From an uncultured delta proteobacterium (GTDB taxonomy: Bacteria > Myxococcota_A > Polyangia > Polyangiales > Polyangiaceae), in contig CAWJCS010000004.1 in the NCBI GenBank assembly GCA_963841435.1, positions 512,001-576,000 of the forward strand: a DNA stretch of 64,000 nt. Direction: 5' to 3'. The translations under genes and the position numbers were made by a program. Below are positions 1-9,254 of this stretch, one piece after another. The notes beneath the pieces are model-generated. The model did no database searches. It worked only from the letters and a program-made list of their open reading frames with translations, and was not told the DNA's origin. Every line of letters begins with the position of its first letter. Position 1 is the stretch's first letter.

Positions 1-281
1 CAGCGCACGTATCGATTCCCCCGAAATCCCCAGAAGATGCGCGCGCACACGCCGAGCGCGAGACAATAGCCGAGTAAGACGTGCGTCCTCATGATGGAGA
101 ACTTGGCGTCCTTTCCCGAGATGTGGAGGTCCGACATGAACATGAAGAGCAGGCCCATGCCGACCACGAAGAGCGCGAGCAGAGCATTGATCCAGTGCAA
201 CCAGCGCGTCGGGCGGTCCCAAACGGCGTAGGATGCCAACGGCGTCGGGGTGGTAGGCGAGGGATCGTTGCCGATCGACAT
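1..281 (-). CDS. Cytochrome b (Ni-hydrogenase cytochrome b / b561-like), runs off the window edge
   Basis: Own translation from ATG at 281: MSIGND...YAVWDRPTRWLHWINALL...RTHVLLGY...ARIFWGFRG. The VWD.PTR..HW motif and a second His-bearing TM helix are typical of the family. Confidence 0.75.
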   Translation of the reverse strand, partial: MSIGNDPSPTTPTPLASYAVWDRPTRWLHWINALLALFVVGMGLLFMFMSDLHISGKDAKFSIMRTHVLLGYCLALGVCARIFWGFRGNRYVR

Positions 282-379
282 GGCCCGACAAGTTATCACA
301 CTCGCGTCGCGCTCCGGAACGTCACGCTGGCGCGCGGGCAAGGCAAGCTCGCCCTCAGGCAAGGTTTTCGCGTCGTCGA

Positions 380-1012
380 TCAGGCGCCATCGCGGTAGTC
401 GATCCGCACCGTGGCGAAGCCGAGCGAGCGGACGAGGCTCCCTACCGTGCGCGCGACCGATTCGTCCGCCTTCTGCACGATGCCGGAGTCTTCCGCCGCG
501 GAGCGCAGTGTCTTCTCGGCAGCCCTCCGCGCCTCGGTTTCGAGTGACTCCTTGCGCTCGGCAAGCAGGTCGGTCCTCCGCGTGTGCACGACCGTGCGGT
601 CGTTGTCGAGGCGAGCGGAGAAGATCTCGGCGTGAGGCAGGCGAACCGTGACGTCGCGGCGATCGGGAGAGACCACGACGTCGTCGGCGGAGAGCTGGGC
701 GAGGTCGACACCCGCGACGACGTCGCCGCTGGCGACCAGCAGGATGGCGTCCTCCGCCTGGACGAGACCGAACAGCGCTTCCTGCTTGTCGCGCAGGTCA
801 ACCACGCGCTCCACGTGGTAGCTCACGCCCTCGAGCCGCGATAGCTCGCGGACCTGTGTCACGACGTCGGGCATTGGCGCCGGCTTCGGACCTTCGGCGA
901 ACCAGCGCGGCACGAAATGACCGATGGCGACGCCGGCCGCGAGGCACAGCCCTGCCCCGGCGACCAGGGCGCCGAGTCGAGAAGAGCCGCCGGGGCGCTC
1001 GCGTGCGACCAT
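380..1012 (-). CDS. DUF4230 domain-containing membrane-anchored protein
   Basis: C-terminal part of ORF 380..1864: N-terminal TM helix, then ILLVASGDVVAGVDLAQL and VTVRLPHAEI. Start placed at ATG 1012. Confidence 0.75.
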   Translation of the reverse strand: MVARERPGGSSRLGALVAGAGLCLAAGVAIGHFVPRWFAEGPKPAPMPDVVTQVRELSRLEGVSYHVERVVDLRDKQEALFGLVQAEDAILLVASGDVVAGVDLAQLSADDVVVSPDRRDVTVRLPHAEIFSARLDNDRTVVHTRRTDLLAERKESLETEARRAAEKTLRSAAEDSGIVQKADESVARTVGSLVRSLGFATVRIDYRDGA

Positions 1013-1062
1013 TCGTCGAAAGCTAGCACCGGCGGGCGAAAAGATTCGCGCTTCGCGCTGGG

Positions 1063-2073
1063 CTAGCCTCCCGCGTGCCGCAAGCGCTCGGCCGCGAGCT
1101 CCGGCGCTACAGGGTTGATGGCCATGCCCGTCGCGAGCTCGAAGCCGGCGGGCTGCGAAAGCCTCGGCAGGATTTCGATGTGCCAGACGAAGTCGGGCTC
1201 GTCGGCGTGCCTGCGCGGGGCGCTGTTGATGACGAGGTTGTAGGGCGGGTCGTCGAGCACGCGTCGCAAGCGCTCGAGCACATCGGTGAGCATGGCGGCA
1301 AGGGCCGGAAGGCTCGAGTGATCGGCGAGATCGAACGTCGGTGCGGGCTGCCGGGGCAGGATCCACGTCTCGTAGGCCGTGCGTGACGCGAACGGCGCGA
1401 AAGCAACGAACGCATCGTTCGCGGCGACGAGGCGTGTCTCGGCCTCGATCTCGGCCCGTGCGAGCTCGACGTAAACGCTTTCTCCGGTGACCTGATAGTG
1501 GTCGGCGGCCATCCCGAATTTGATGCGGACCTGGCGGGGGACGATGGGCGTTGCGATCAGCTGGAAGTGCGGGTGGGGGATGGACGAACCCGCGGCGGCC
1601 CCGTGATTCTTGAAGATCTGAACCACCTCGAGGCGTGAGTCCTTCGCCAGTGTGCCGCAGCGCCGGTAGAGGACCTCGAGGATCCGCGTGACCTGCTCGG
1701 TCGGTTGGTCGGCGAGCGACAAGCCGTGGTGCGGGGACTCGATCAGCACCTCGTGCCGACCATGGCCCTGCATTTCGCGAAACAGAGGTCCGAGCACGCG
1801 CCGGGTGCTCGGGACGTCCTTGCGGAGGGCGGGATATTTGTTGTCGCAGAGCCGAACGCTCCATCGCGTTGGGTCCGTCGGATCGGGCTCCTCGTCGATG
1901 GTTTCAGGAGTCTCGGCCTCGTTTCCCGGGCAAAAAGGACAGCCTGGATCGTAGGCGAGCGGCTCCACGCGCTCGGCCGCGCGTGACGTGCCCCAGCGGT
2001 CCGGTCGGTTGGCGCGCTCGCCCGCCATCGTCACCCAGTCGCCGGTCGTCACGTCGTAGCGAAGGGAAGCCAC
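1063..2073 (-). CDS. galT: Galactose-1-phosphate uridylyltransferase
   Basis: CPFCPGNE, NKYPAL, GRHEVLIESP and the catalytic GSSIPHPHFQ motif; C-terminal AGFELATG. Confidence 0.92.
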   Translation of the reverse strand: MASLRYDVTTGDWVTMAGERANRPDRWGTSRAAERVEPLAYDPGCPFCPGNEAETPETIDEEPDPTDPTRWSVRLCDNKYPALRKDVPSTRRVLGPLFREMQGHGRHEVLIESPHHGLSLADQPTEQVTRILEVLYRRCGTLAKDSRLEVVQIFKNHGAAAGSSIPHPHFQLIATPIVPRQVRIKFGMAADHYQVTGESVYVELARAEIEAETRLVAANDAFVAFAPFASRTAYETWILPRQPAPTFDLADHSSLPALAAMLTDVLERLRRVLDDPPYNLVINSAPRRHADEPDFVWHIEILPRLSQPAGFELATGMAINPVAPELAAERLRHAGG

Positions 2074-2107
2074 TGTCCGCGAATAGCATCATACCGTGGC
2101 GTTACCA

Positions 2108-2420
2108 TTACGGTCCCCCGCGCAACGATTGCGCGTCCGCGGTCCCCGGGGCGGCGATCTTCTCGTCGCAGCGCCGCACCGAGTCGCTTCTTCCTGCGCT
2201 ACTGGATCTCGGCAGCCGGGCGAACCGTGGGCTGCCGCAGACATCGCGATCGCTGACGAACGTGAGCTTGATTTCGGTATCGGCGGACAAGAGCACGACG
2301 GAGTCGGAGTTCTGATTGCCGACGACGAGCCGTGCCCCATCGCTCGATAGGCTGAATTGTCGGGGTGTGACGCCACGTGAGCCCACCTGCCCGACGAGCT
2401 CGAGCTGGCCGTTGCTCCAC
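2108..2420 (-). pseudogene. C-terminal remnant of a lactonase-family (6-phosphogluconolactonase-like) beta-propeller
   Basis: NGQLELVGQVGSRGVTPRQFSLSSDGARLVVGNQNSDSV resembles the last blade of Pgl/YbhE. There is no room for the N-terminal part. Confidence 0.55.
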
Positions 2421-2453
2421 GAGGGTCGAGCCGCCGAATGCGGCAGGCCCGCG

Positions 2454-3038
2454 CTACCGCGAAGTTGCGAGCAGGTGGAGGCCCATGCCCACGCGCGTCG
2501 AGAGACCCGTCGTCGAGGCGCTGACGGTTCCGTCGCCGTTCACGTAGTAGTTGGTGGGGAAGGCGTTCACGCCGTAGGCACTCAGGACCGCGCGATTGCC
2601 AAGCAGGACCGGGTACTCAATCTCGTGCTCTCGAACGAAGCGCCGGACGGCTTCCAGATCGTCCGCGTCTTGTACGATGGCGAGCAGTGTTTCGTCGTCG
2701 CCGAGGTTACCGAAGAGCCCGCGCAGCGAGGGGAGCTCGGCTTTGCACACACCGCACCAGGTGGCGAAAAAATGCAGGACGACCTTGCGGTGTCGGAAGT
2801 CGTGCAACGAGACCGCCTTCCCGTCGAGATCCACGAGCGTAAAGTCCGGAGCGGGCGCGTGATCCGAGACGTGGCGGCGCGTCTGGTAGGCGCCGATCAG
2901 CGCCCATGCCGCGACCACGAGCAGGGCGTCTCGGGCGAACCTCGCCCACCGGTTGCGAAGCAGAGTGCGCCACACGGATTTCAACCTAGCACCCTGCGCG
3001 GCTCGGTCCGCGCGCTCCGCACGGACCTCGGGCTCCAC
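2454..3038 (-). CDS. TlpA/ResA-family thiol-disulfide oxidoreductase
   Basis: TM anchor, APDFTLVDLDG, FFATWCGVC (CxxC) and YGVNAFPTNY. True start may be ~60 nt further in. Confidence 0.85.
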   Translation of the reverse strand: MEPEVRAERADRAAQGARLKSVWRTLLRNRWARFARDALLVVAAWALIGAYQTRRHVSDHAPAPDFTLVDLDGKAVSLHDFRHRKVVLHFFATWCGVCKAELPSLRGLFGNLGDDETLLAIVQDADDLEAVRRFVREHEIEYPVLLGNRAVLSAYGVNAFPTNYYVNGDGTVSASTTGLSTRVGMGLHLLATSR

Positions 3039-3074
3039 CCCGACCCCGTTCAGGCGCTGCCTCGACCACCGGGG

Positions 3075-3875
3075 TCAGCGCCAGCTCGTCGTCCGAAGCA
3101 CGGGTACCGCGGCGGCGAGCTCGCGCGTGTAGGGGTCCTCTGGCGCATCGAGCAGGACCTCCGGGCCGCCCTCCTCGACGACGCGGCCGGCGCGCATGAC
3201 GAGCGCACGATCGCAGAGCTCCGCGACGAGCGGCAGATCGTGCGAAATGAACAGGTAGGCTAGTCCGAGCGAGGCCTTGAGCGCCAAAAGAAGCTCGACG
3301 ACCTGCTGCTGGGTGGCGAGGTCCAGCGACGCGAGGGCTTCGTCGAGGATCACGACCTCGGGCTCGACGATGAGCGCCCTGGCAATCCCGACGCGCTGGG
3401 CCTGCCCACCCGAGAGCTCGTGCGGAAACCGGTCCGCGAAGAACGGCGCAAGACCAACCCGCTCCAGCGTTCGCACGACCGCGTCCTCGGTGGCGTCCGC
3501 GGGCTCGCTGACTTGGCAGCGTCGCGGGAGCGCCAGGCTATCGCGCACCGTGCGGCGGGGGTTCAACGCCGCGTGTGGGTCCTGGAAGACGAGCTGCACC
3601 GCGCGCCGGAAGCCCGGTGGCGCGCCGCCACGTGCTGGAAGTGGCTTGCCTCGAAACCGGACCTCACCCAACGTCGGCGTCAGAATGCCGGCGATCAGGC
3701 GCGCGAGCGTCAACTTGCCCGACCCGGATTCGCCGACGACCCCGAGCGTTTCGCCGGCCTCAAGGGCGATCGACACTCCGTCGAGCGCGCGATGCCGCGG
3801 CGCGCGGCGAAAGGGCGCCGTGGAGCGGCCCGCGAACTCGCGCACTAGGCTGCGACCCTCGAGCAATGGCGTCAT
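3075..3875 (-). CDS. Peptide ABC transporter ATP-binding subunit (DppF-like)
   Basis: Walker A GESGSGKLT, VFQDP, LSGGQAQR, ILDE and ISHDL. Confidence 0.9.
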   Translation of the reverse strand: MTPLLEGRSLVREFAGRSTAPFRRAPRHRALDGVSIALEAGETLGVVGESGSGKLTLARLIAGILTPTLGEVRFRGKPLPARGGAPPGFRRAVQLVFQDPHAALNPRRTVRDSLALPRRCQVSEPADATEDAVVRTLERVGLAPFFADRFPHELSGGQAQRVGIARALIVEPEVVILDEALASLDLATQQQVVELLLALKASLGLAYLFISHDLPLVAELCDRALVMRAGRVVEEGGPEVLLDAPEDPYTRELAAAVPVLRTTSWR

Positions 3876-5587
3876 GGTGAGACACTCCGCCGTCGTCCCT
3901 TGTGCCGCGCCGCGGCCAGAAGCTCCCGCGTGTACGGGTGCTGCGGCTCGTCGAAGACGCGCTCGATGGGCCCGTCCTCGACGATTCGGCCATGCTGCAT
4001 CACGAGCACCCGCTCGCAGAGCTCGCTCGCTACGGCAAGATCGTGGGTCACGAACAGGAGCGTCATCTTTCGGCTCTCGGTTTCCGTTCTCAAAAGCGCT
4101 AAAATTGCCCGCTGCGTCGTCGCGTCGAGGGCCGTCGTCGGCTCGTCCGCGACGAGTAGATCGGGACCGTGAGCGAGCGCCATGGCGATCGCGACTCGCT
4201 GGCGCATGCCGCCCGAAAGCTCATGTGGGAAGCTCCGGACGAGCGTCGCAGGATGAGGCAGCTCGACGGCCGTGAAGAGCTCGACGGCGCGGGCGCGCGC
4301 GGACTGGGCGGAAAGGTCATCGAGCGTCTCCACGGCCTGGTCGCCGACGCGGAAGAGCGGATGCAGGCTGCCGAGTGGATCCTGGGGCACGAGTGCGACG
4401 CGTCGCCCTCGCGCACGTTGGGCTGCTCGAGCGTCGTCGAGTAGCGAGGCGCCGGACAGCCTGACTTCTCCTTTGACCCCGCGCGCGCCGTTTGGCAGGA
4501 GTCCCAAGAGGGCGCGCGCCGTGATGCTCTTGCCCGAGCCCGACTCGCCCACGAGCGCGACGCGCTCGGCGCTCTGGAGCGAGAAGGAGACGCCCCGCAG
4601 CGGCTGCGCGTCAGCTAGCGTCAGAGCGAGCCCAACGACCTCGACGAGCGGCGTCGAGCGCGACGCCGCTTCGACGCTCTCGGCGTCCGATCCACTGTCG
4701 GTCGGCACTCGGAGAAGCGGCTCGCTCGGGAGCTTCGTCTGGCTGCGCTTCTGGGCATGACGGAGGCGCGGGTCGAGTGCGTCCCGCAGCGTGTCGCCGA
4801 GGAGATTGAGCGCGGCAACGACGACGAGAATCACCGCGCCCGGAATCAGCGAAACGTGCGGCGCTACGGCGAGGAGCCGGCGCCCCTCGCCGAGCATGCC
4901 CCCGAGGTCGGCGTCGGGTGGCTGTGCTCCGAGACCGAGGAAGGAAAGGCCCGCCGTCTCGAGCAAGACCCAGCCGATGGAGGCCGAAAACGCGACCGCG
5001 ATCGTCGGCAGGACATTCGGCAAGATTTCGTACCAGAGCATGCGCACGCCCGTGATGCCTGCGACGCGCGCTGCGGCCACGAACTCTGCCTCACGAAGCT
5101 CCAGTGTGACACCGCGCACCGTTCGCGCGAAGAACGGCACGTTCACGATGGCGATGGCGACCGCCGCGTTGCCTAGCCCCGGGCCGAGCGCGGCGACGAT
5201 CGCCAGGGCGAAAAGGAGGTACGGGAATGCGAGCAGCACGTCGAGCGCGCGCATCGCTAGGGCGTCGACCCAGCCGCCGCGATATCCTGCGATCATGCCG
5301 AGGGCGCTGCCGAGGAGCGCTGCGGTGACCGAGCCGGCGGCGGCGACCATGAGACTCAGGCGCGCTCCGAACAGAAGGCGGCTCAAGAGGTCGCGACCGA
5401 GCTGGTCCGTCCCGAGCAGGTGGCCGGTGCTGCCCGGTGCGAGCAGCCGCGCGGCAAGCTCGGTCCGTGCCGGGTCGGCGAGCGGCAAGACGGGCGCGAG
5501 AAAGGCCGCGGCGGCGAAGAGCGCGAGCGCAGCCACGCCGACGTGTGCTCGGCCGCCAAAGCGCGCGAGCGCGGCGGGCGGGCTCAC
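3872..5587 (-). CDS. Fused peptide ABC transporter permease + ATPase (DppC-DppD-like)
   Basis: HLLGTDQLGRDLLSR and EFVAAA permease motifs, then GESGSGKS, LSGGMRQR and VADEPT. The GTG start at 5587 overlaps the upstream stop. Confidence 0.88.
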   Translation of the reverse strand: MSPPAALARFGGRAHVGVAALALFAAAAFLAPVLPLADPARTELAARLLAPGSTGHLLGTDQLGRDLLSRLLFGARLSLMVAAAGSVTAALLGSALGMIAGYRGGWVDALAMRALDVLLAFPYLLFALAIVAALGPGLGNAAVAIAIVNVPFFARTVRGVTLELREAEFVAAARVAGITGVRMLWYEILPNVLPTIAVAFSASIGWVLLETAGLSFLGLGAQPPDADLGGMLGEGRRLLAVAPHVSLIPGAVILVVVAALNLLGDTLRDALDPRLRHAQKRSQTKLPSEPLLRVPTDSGSDAESVEAASRSTPLVEVVGLALTLADAQPLRGVSFSLQSAERVALVGESGSGKSITARALLGLLPNGARGVKGEVRLSGASLLDDARAAQRARGRRVALVPQDPLGSLHPLFRVGDQAVETLDDLSAQSARARAVELFTAVELPHPATLVRSFPHELSGGMRQRVAIAMALAHGPDLLVADEPTTALDATTQRAILALLRTETESRKMTLLFVTHDLAVASELCERVLVMQHGRIVEDGPIERVFDEPQHPYTRELLAAARHKGRRRSVSP

Positions 5588-6540
5588 GCACCCCCCACGC
5601 GCGGATCGATCGCGCGCTGAGCCACGTCGGACAGGAGCACGACGACGCTGTAGGCCGTGGCCATCACCAGCACTCCGCCCTGGACGAGCGGCAGGTCGCG
5701 AGCGGCCACTGCGTCGAGCAGCAAGCCGCCGAGTCCCGGCCACTGGAACACGGATTCGACGTAGACGGCGCCACCGAGGACGAACCCCGCCTGGAGGCCG
5801 ATGACGGGAACCACCCGCGCGAGCGCCGCGCGAAATGCATGGACCTCGACGACGCGCGCTTCGGCGACACCCTTTGCCCTCGCCATGGCCACGTAGCTCG
5901 ACGAGAGTGCCTCGATCATCTCGCCGCGCGTGAGGCGCGCGATGACGCCACAGGGAACCACCCCGAGCGCCAGCGCCGGCAGCGCCACGTGATGCAACAG
6001 ATCGAGCAAGCTGCCGCGCGCCGGCCCCGATGCGCTCTCGAGGCCGCTCACGGGGAACCAGTGGGCCTTCACGGCAAGCGAGAAAACGAGCAGCATCGCG
6101 AGCCAGAACGCCGGCACGCTGAGTCCGACGAGCGACGCGAGCGTCACGAGGCGGTCGGTCGCCGTGCCCCGATGCCGGGCGGCGACGACGCCGAGGTAGA
6201 GCCCCGCGACGGCGCCGAAAGCGAGCGCTGTCGAAGCAAGGAAGACCGTCGGCAGCAGGCGCTCCGACACCGCGTCGAGGACGGGTCGCCCCAGCGAGTA
6301 TGCGTAACCGAAATCGAGTCTCACGACGTGCGAGAGCCAGGAGGCGTAACGTACGGGCAGCGGTCGATCGAAGCCGAGGCTCCGCTCGAGCTCCGCGATG
6401 CGATCGGGAGTGGCGTAGGGGCCGAGCATCGCCGCCGCGGTGCTGCCCGGGACGTACGTCATGAGCAGGAACACGATGACGCTCATGCCGCCCAACACGA
6501 GGACGAGGCCCATGAGTCGCGCCGCGAGGAAGCGAGGCAA
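5584..6540 (-). CDS. Peptide ABC transporter permease (DppB-like)
   Basis: LGFDRPLPVRY, ARAKG, VESVFQWPGLG and RDLPLVQG. Confidence 0.92.
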   Translation of the reverse strand: MPRFLAARLMGLVLVLGGMSVIVFLLMTYVPGSTAAAMLGPYATPDRIAELERSLGFDRPLPVRYASWLSHVVRLDFGYAYSLGRPVLDAVSERLLPTVFLASTALAFGAVAGLYLGVVAARHRGTATDRLVTLASLVGLSVPAFWLAMLLVFSLAVKAHWFPVSGLESASGPARGSLLDLLHHVALPALALGVVPCGVIARLTRGEMIEALSSSYVAMARAKGVAEARVVEVHAFRAALARVVPVIGLQAGFVLGGAVYVESVFQWPGLGGLLLDAVAARDLPLVQGGVLVMATAYSVVVLLSDVAQRAIDPRVGGA

Positions 6541-6543
6541 CGC

Positions 6544-8130
6544 TCAGCCCTTTTCGACGCTCGAGAGGAGGAGAAAGAACGACGGCTCGGCTCGAAAGCC
6601 GCGCACCGCGGCGCGGGTCACCACGTTCTGCTTCCAGCTCGCCACGAAGGCCCACGGAGCGTCGTCGTGCACGATTCGGGAGAGGCGGCGATAGAGTGCT
6701 GCACGCTCGCTCTTCGAGGTCGTACGCCGGGCACGCGAGACGAGCTCGTCGACGACGGGGTTCGAATAGTGACCGGAATTGAAGCCTGCGGGAGGCTCGG
6801 CGTCGGCTCGCAGTGCGAGGTACGGCAGCGTGTCGGGGTCGTTCGTCATCCACGCCATCTCCGCCATCGCAACGTCGTCACCCAGTCCGGCGTTGACCTT
6901 CGTGAGGAAGGTCTGAAACTCGTAGGTCTGGACCTTGACGTGCAAGCCCACGCGCTCGAGGTCCGCCTGAATCGCTGTCGCCATCTCCACGGGTGCCAGC
7001 ATGCCGGAGCCGCCCTGCGGGGCGTAGAGCGTGATCGTCCGTCCCAAGTCGCCCGTTTCCTCGAGGAGCGCGCGCGCACGCTCCGGAGCATACGGATACG
7101 GGGCTTCGTTCGGATCCGTAGCCCAGGCGAACGCCTGGGAAATCGGGCCCACGGCGACGCTCGCCGTGCCTCCGAGCACACGCTCGACGATGCCGCGCTT
7201 GTCGATGGCGAGGTTGACGGCCCGCCGCGCGCGGACGTCGGAGAACGGCCCGATCCGCGTGTTCAGAATCAAGAACCAGAGGTGAGGGCCGATGCTCTCG
7301 TGGACGGTGTACGCCGGGTCGCGACGAAAGGCGGACAGCGCGTCGGCAGGAAGCTCCGGTACGAGATCGACGTTGCCCGCGCGGAGCTCGGCGAGACGCG
7401 TCATCTCGTCGCCGATGGCGCGGAAGACGACCCGCGGCGTGCGCGCCTTCGGTCCCCAGTAGTCGGGATTCTTTTCGAGCACGAGCGAACGGCCCGCTCG
7501 CCACTCGGCGAGCCGATAGGGGCCGGTCCCTGCGGGATGGCGGCCGAACGCCCGCCGGTAGCGACGCACGGCCGCAGGGGACACCATGAACCCGGTCGGG
7601 TAGGCGAGGTTGCCCAGCAGCGGCGCGAACGGCTGCGAAAGGACGAGCTCCACTTCGAGAGGTCCGAGCACCTCCACGGCGCGCACGCTCTCGAAGAAAA
7701 ACGCGAGAGGGAAGGGCCCGGTGTCTGCGTACGGATGATCCTTGTGTGTGAGACGCTCGAGGTTCCACTTGACCGCCCCCGCGTCGAACGGCGAGCCGTC
7801 GTGGAAACGAACCCCCGAGCGCAGCCGGAAGCGATAGCGGAGCCCGTCGTCCGAGATGGTCCACGATTCGGCGAGCGCCGGCTCGACCTCGAGGCTCTGC
7901 GAGCGGAAGCGCACGAGGCCCTCGTAGAGATTTTCCTGGACGCGAAAATCTCCGAGCGCGGTGGTGACGTGGGGGTCGAGCGACTTGGGCTCGCTCCCGA
8001 GCGCGACGACGAGCTCTCCATCCGGCGGCGGCGCGGCGCCAGGTCCTGCCGCGGCGAGCAGGGCGACGAGCACGACGAGCGCCACGAGCGCGACCCTCAT
8101 TGCCGCGACGGCGGAGGGCCCGCGCCTCAT
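6544..8130 (-). CDS. Peptide ABC transporter substrate-binding protein (family 5)
   Basis: Signal peptide, EPKSLDP, LAESW, FHDGSPF, GTGPY and NPDYWG. Confidence 0.92.
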   Translation of the reverse strand: MRRGPSAVAAMRVALVALVVLVALLAAAGPGAAPPPDGELVVALGSEPKSLDPHVTTALGDFRVQENLYEGLVRFRSQSLEVEPALAESWTISDDGLRYRFRLRSGVRFHDGSPFDAGAVKWNLERLTHKDHPYADTGPFPLAFFFESVRAVEVLGPLEVELVLSQPFAPLLGNLAYPTGFMVSPAAVRRYRRAFGRHPAGTGPYRLAEWRAGRSLVLEKNPDYWGPKARTPRVVFRAIGDEMTRLAELRAGNVDLVPELPADALSAFRRDPAYTVHESIGPHLWFLILNTRIGPFSDVRARRAVNLAIDKRGIVERVLGGTASVAVGPISQAFAWATDPNEAPYPYAPERARALLEETGDLGRTITLYAPQGGSGMLAPVEMATAIQADLERVGLHVKVQTYEFQTFLTKVNAGLGDDVAMAEMAWMTNDPDTLPYLALRADAEPPAGFNSGHYSNPVVDELVSRARRTTSKSERAALYRRLSRIVHDDAPWAFVASWKQNVVTRAAVRGFRAEPSFFLLLSSVEKG

Positions 8131-9254
8131 TCGGGCTGTGAGGGGAAGCCCTTGAGTGGACCGAGCGGATTTTGGTCGCGCCGGAAGGTGAGGCCGCTCT
8201 CGGCGTAGGTGATGAGCAGCTGGGTCAAACCGATGAGGCCGTCCGTGTGCGTGCGCTCGTAGCCGTGGGACGCGTCGGTGCCGAAGCCGAGCAAGGCGTA
8301 CCGGATGTCGTTGCCGGCCTCGACCGCCGATGCGGTGTCACTGCGGTAGTACTTGAAGACGTCCCGGTGATGAGCGATGCCGTGCCGTTTGCAGAGGTCG
8401 ATGAGCTTGTGGGAGAGATGGTAGTCGAATGGCCCGCTCGAATCCGCCATCGCGATCGTGACGCTGCGCTCTTGGGAGTTTTGCCCAGGCGCGGGCGTCG
8501 AGTTGTCGACGGCGATGAGCTCCGCGATGTCCGCCGGCAGCACCGCAGACCCGCCCGTGCCGACTTCCTCCGAGATCGTGAAGAGCATGTAGCAATCGAA
8601 CGGTAGCGGTTTGTGGGAGCTCCTGAGCGCCTTGATGGCCGTCAGCATGCAAGCAACGCCGGCGTTGTTGTCGAGGTAGCGCGAGTTGATGAAGCCGTTG
8701 CAAAGCTCTGTCTTCGGGTCCAGCGCGATGAAATCGCCGATCGAATAGCCTTCCGACTCGAGGGCTTCCGCGGTCGCACAAAAGTCGTCGGTCCTGACCT
8801 CGACGTTGTCCCAGCTCACGGGCTGCGTGTCGATCTCGTCGTTGTAGGTGTGCCCCGAGGCCTTGAGCGGCAGGATCGTGCCGCGCTTCGAGCCCGAGTC
8901 CGTGAAGATCGTGACGCGCGCGCCTTCCGCGAACCGAGCGGACCAGGTGCCGATGGGCACGATCTCGAGCCTGCCGTTCGGCTTGAGGTTCTTCACCATG
9001 GCGCCGAGCGTGTCGAGGTGGCTCATGATGGCGCGGGCGGGCGAGGTCGCGGCGCCTTCGAGCTTCACGCGCACGGCGCCGCGCCGCGTGAGCGCAAACG
9101 GCACGCCAAGCTGCTCGATCTCTTCCCCTACACGGTGCACGACCCGGTCCGTGTAGCCGCTCGGGCTCGGGATCTCGAGCAGCGTCAAGAGGGTCTTGAT
9201 GAGGTAGTCCTGATCGATCTCCGGTGGTGACTCGCGCTCTGACTCGGTCGTCAT
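8127..9254 (-). CDS. NAGGN-system M42-family peptidase
   Basis: IPSPSGYTD, SHLDTLGAMV, WSARFAEG, SEEVG and SHGYERTH. Lies directly downstream of ngg; ATG 9254 overlaps the ngg stop. Confidence 0.88.
   Translation of the reverse strand: MTTESERESPPEIDQDYLIKTLLTLLEIPSPSGYTDRVVHRVGEEIEQLGVPFALTRRGAVRVKLEGAATSPARAIMSHLDTLGAMVKNLKPNGRLEIVPIGTWSARFAEGARVTIFTDSGSKRGTILPLKASGHTYNDEIDTQPVSWDNVEVRTDDFCATAEALESEGYSIGDFIALDPKTELCNGFINSRYLDNNAGVACMLTAIKALRSSHKPLPFDCYMLFTISEEVGTGGSAVLPADIAELIAVDNSTPAPGQNSQERSVTIAMADSSGPFDYHLSHKLIDLCKRHGIAHHRDVFKYYRSDTASAVEAGNDIRYALLGFGTDASHGYERTHTDGLIGLTQLLITYAESGLTFRRDQNPLGPLKGFPSQPE

Noticed and set aside
3709-3735. Degenerate Walker A (GKLT) as an inactive ATPase
   Set aside because: It is one base from GKST (TCG to TTG) and cannot be told apart from a sequencing error.
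5437-8208. Long plus-strand ORF (likewise 11466..13226, 23157..25565 and others)
   Set aside because: These are antisense shadows of real genes in high-GC DNA, Arg/Ala-rich and without motifs.
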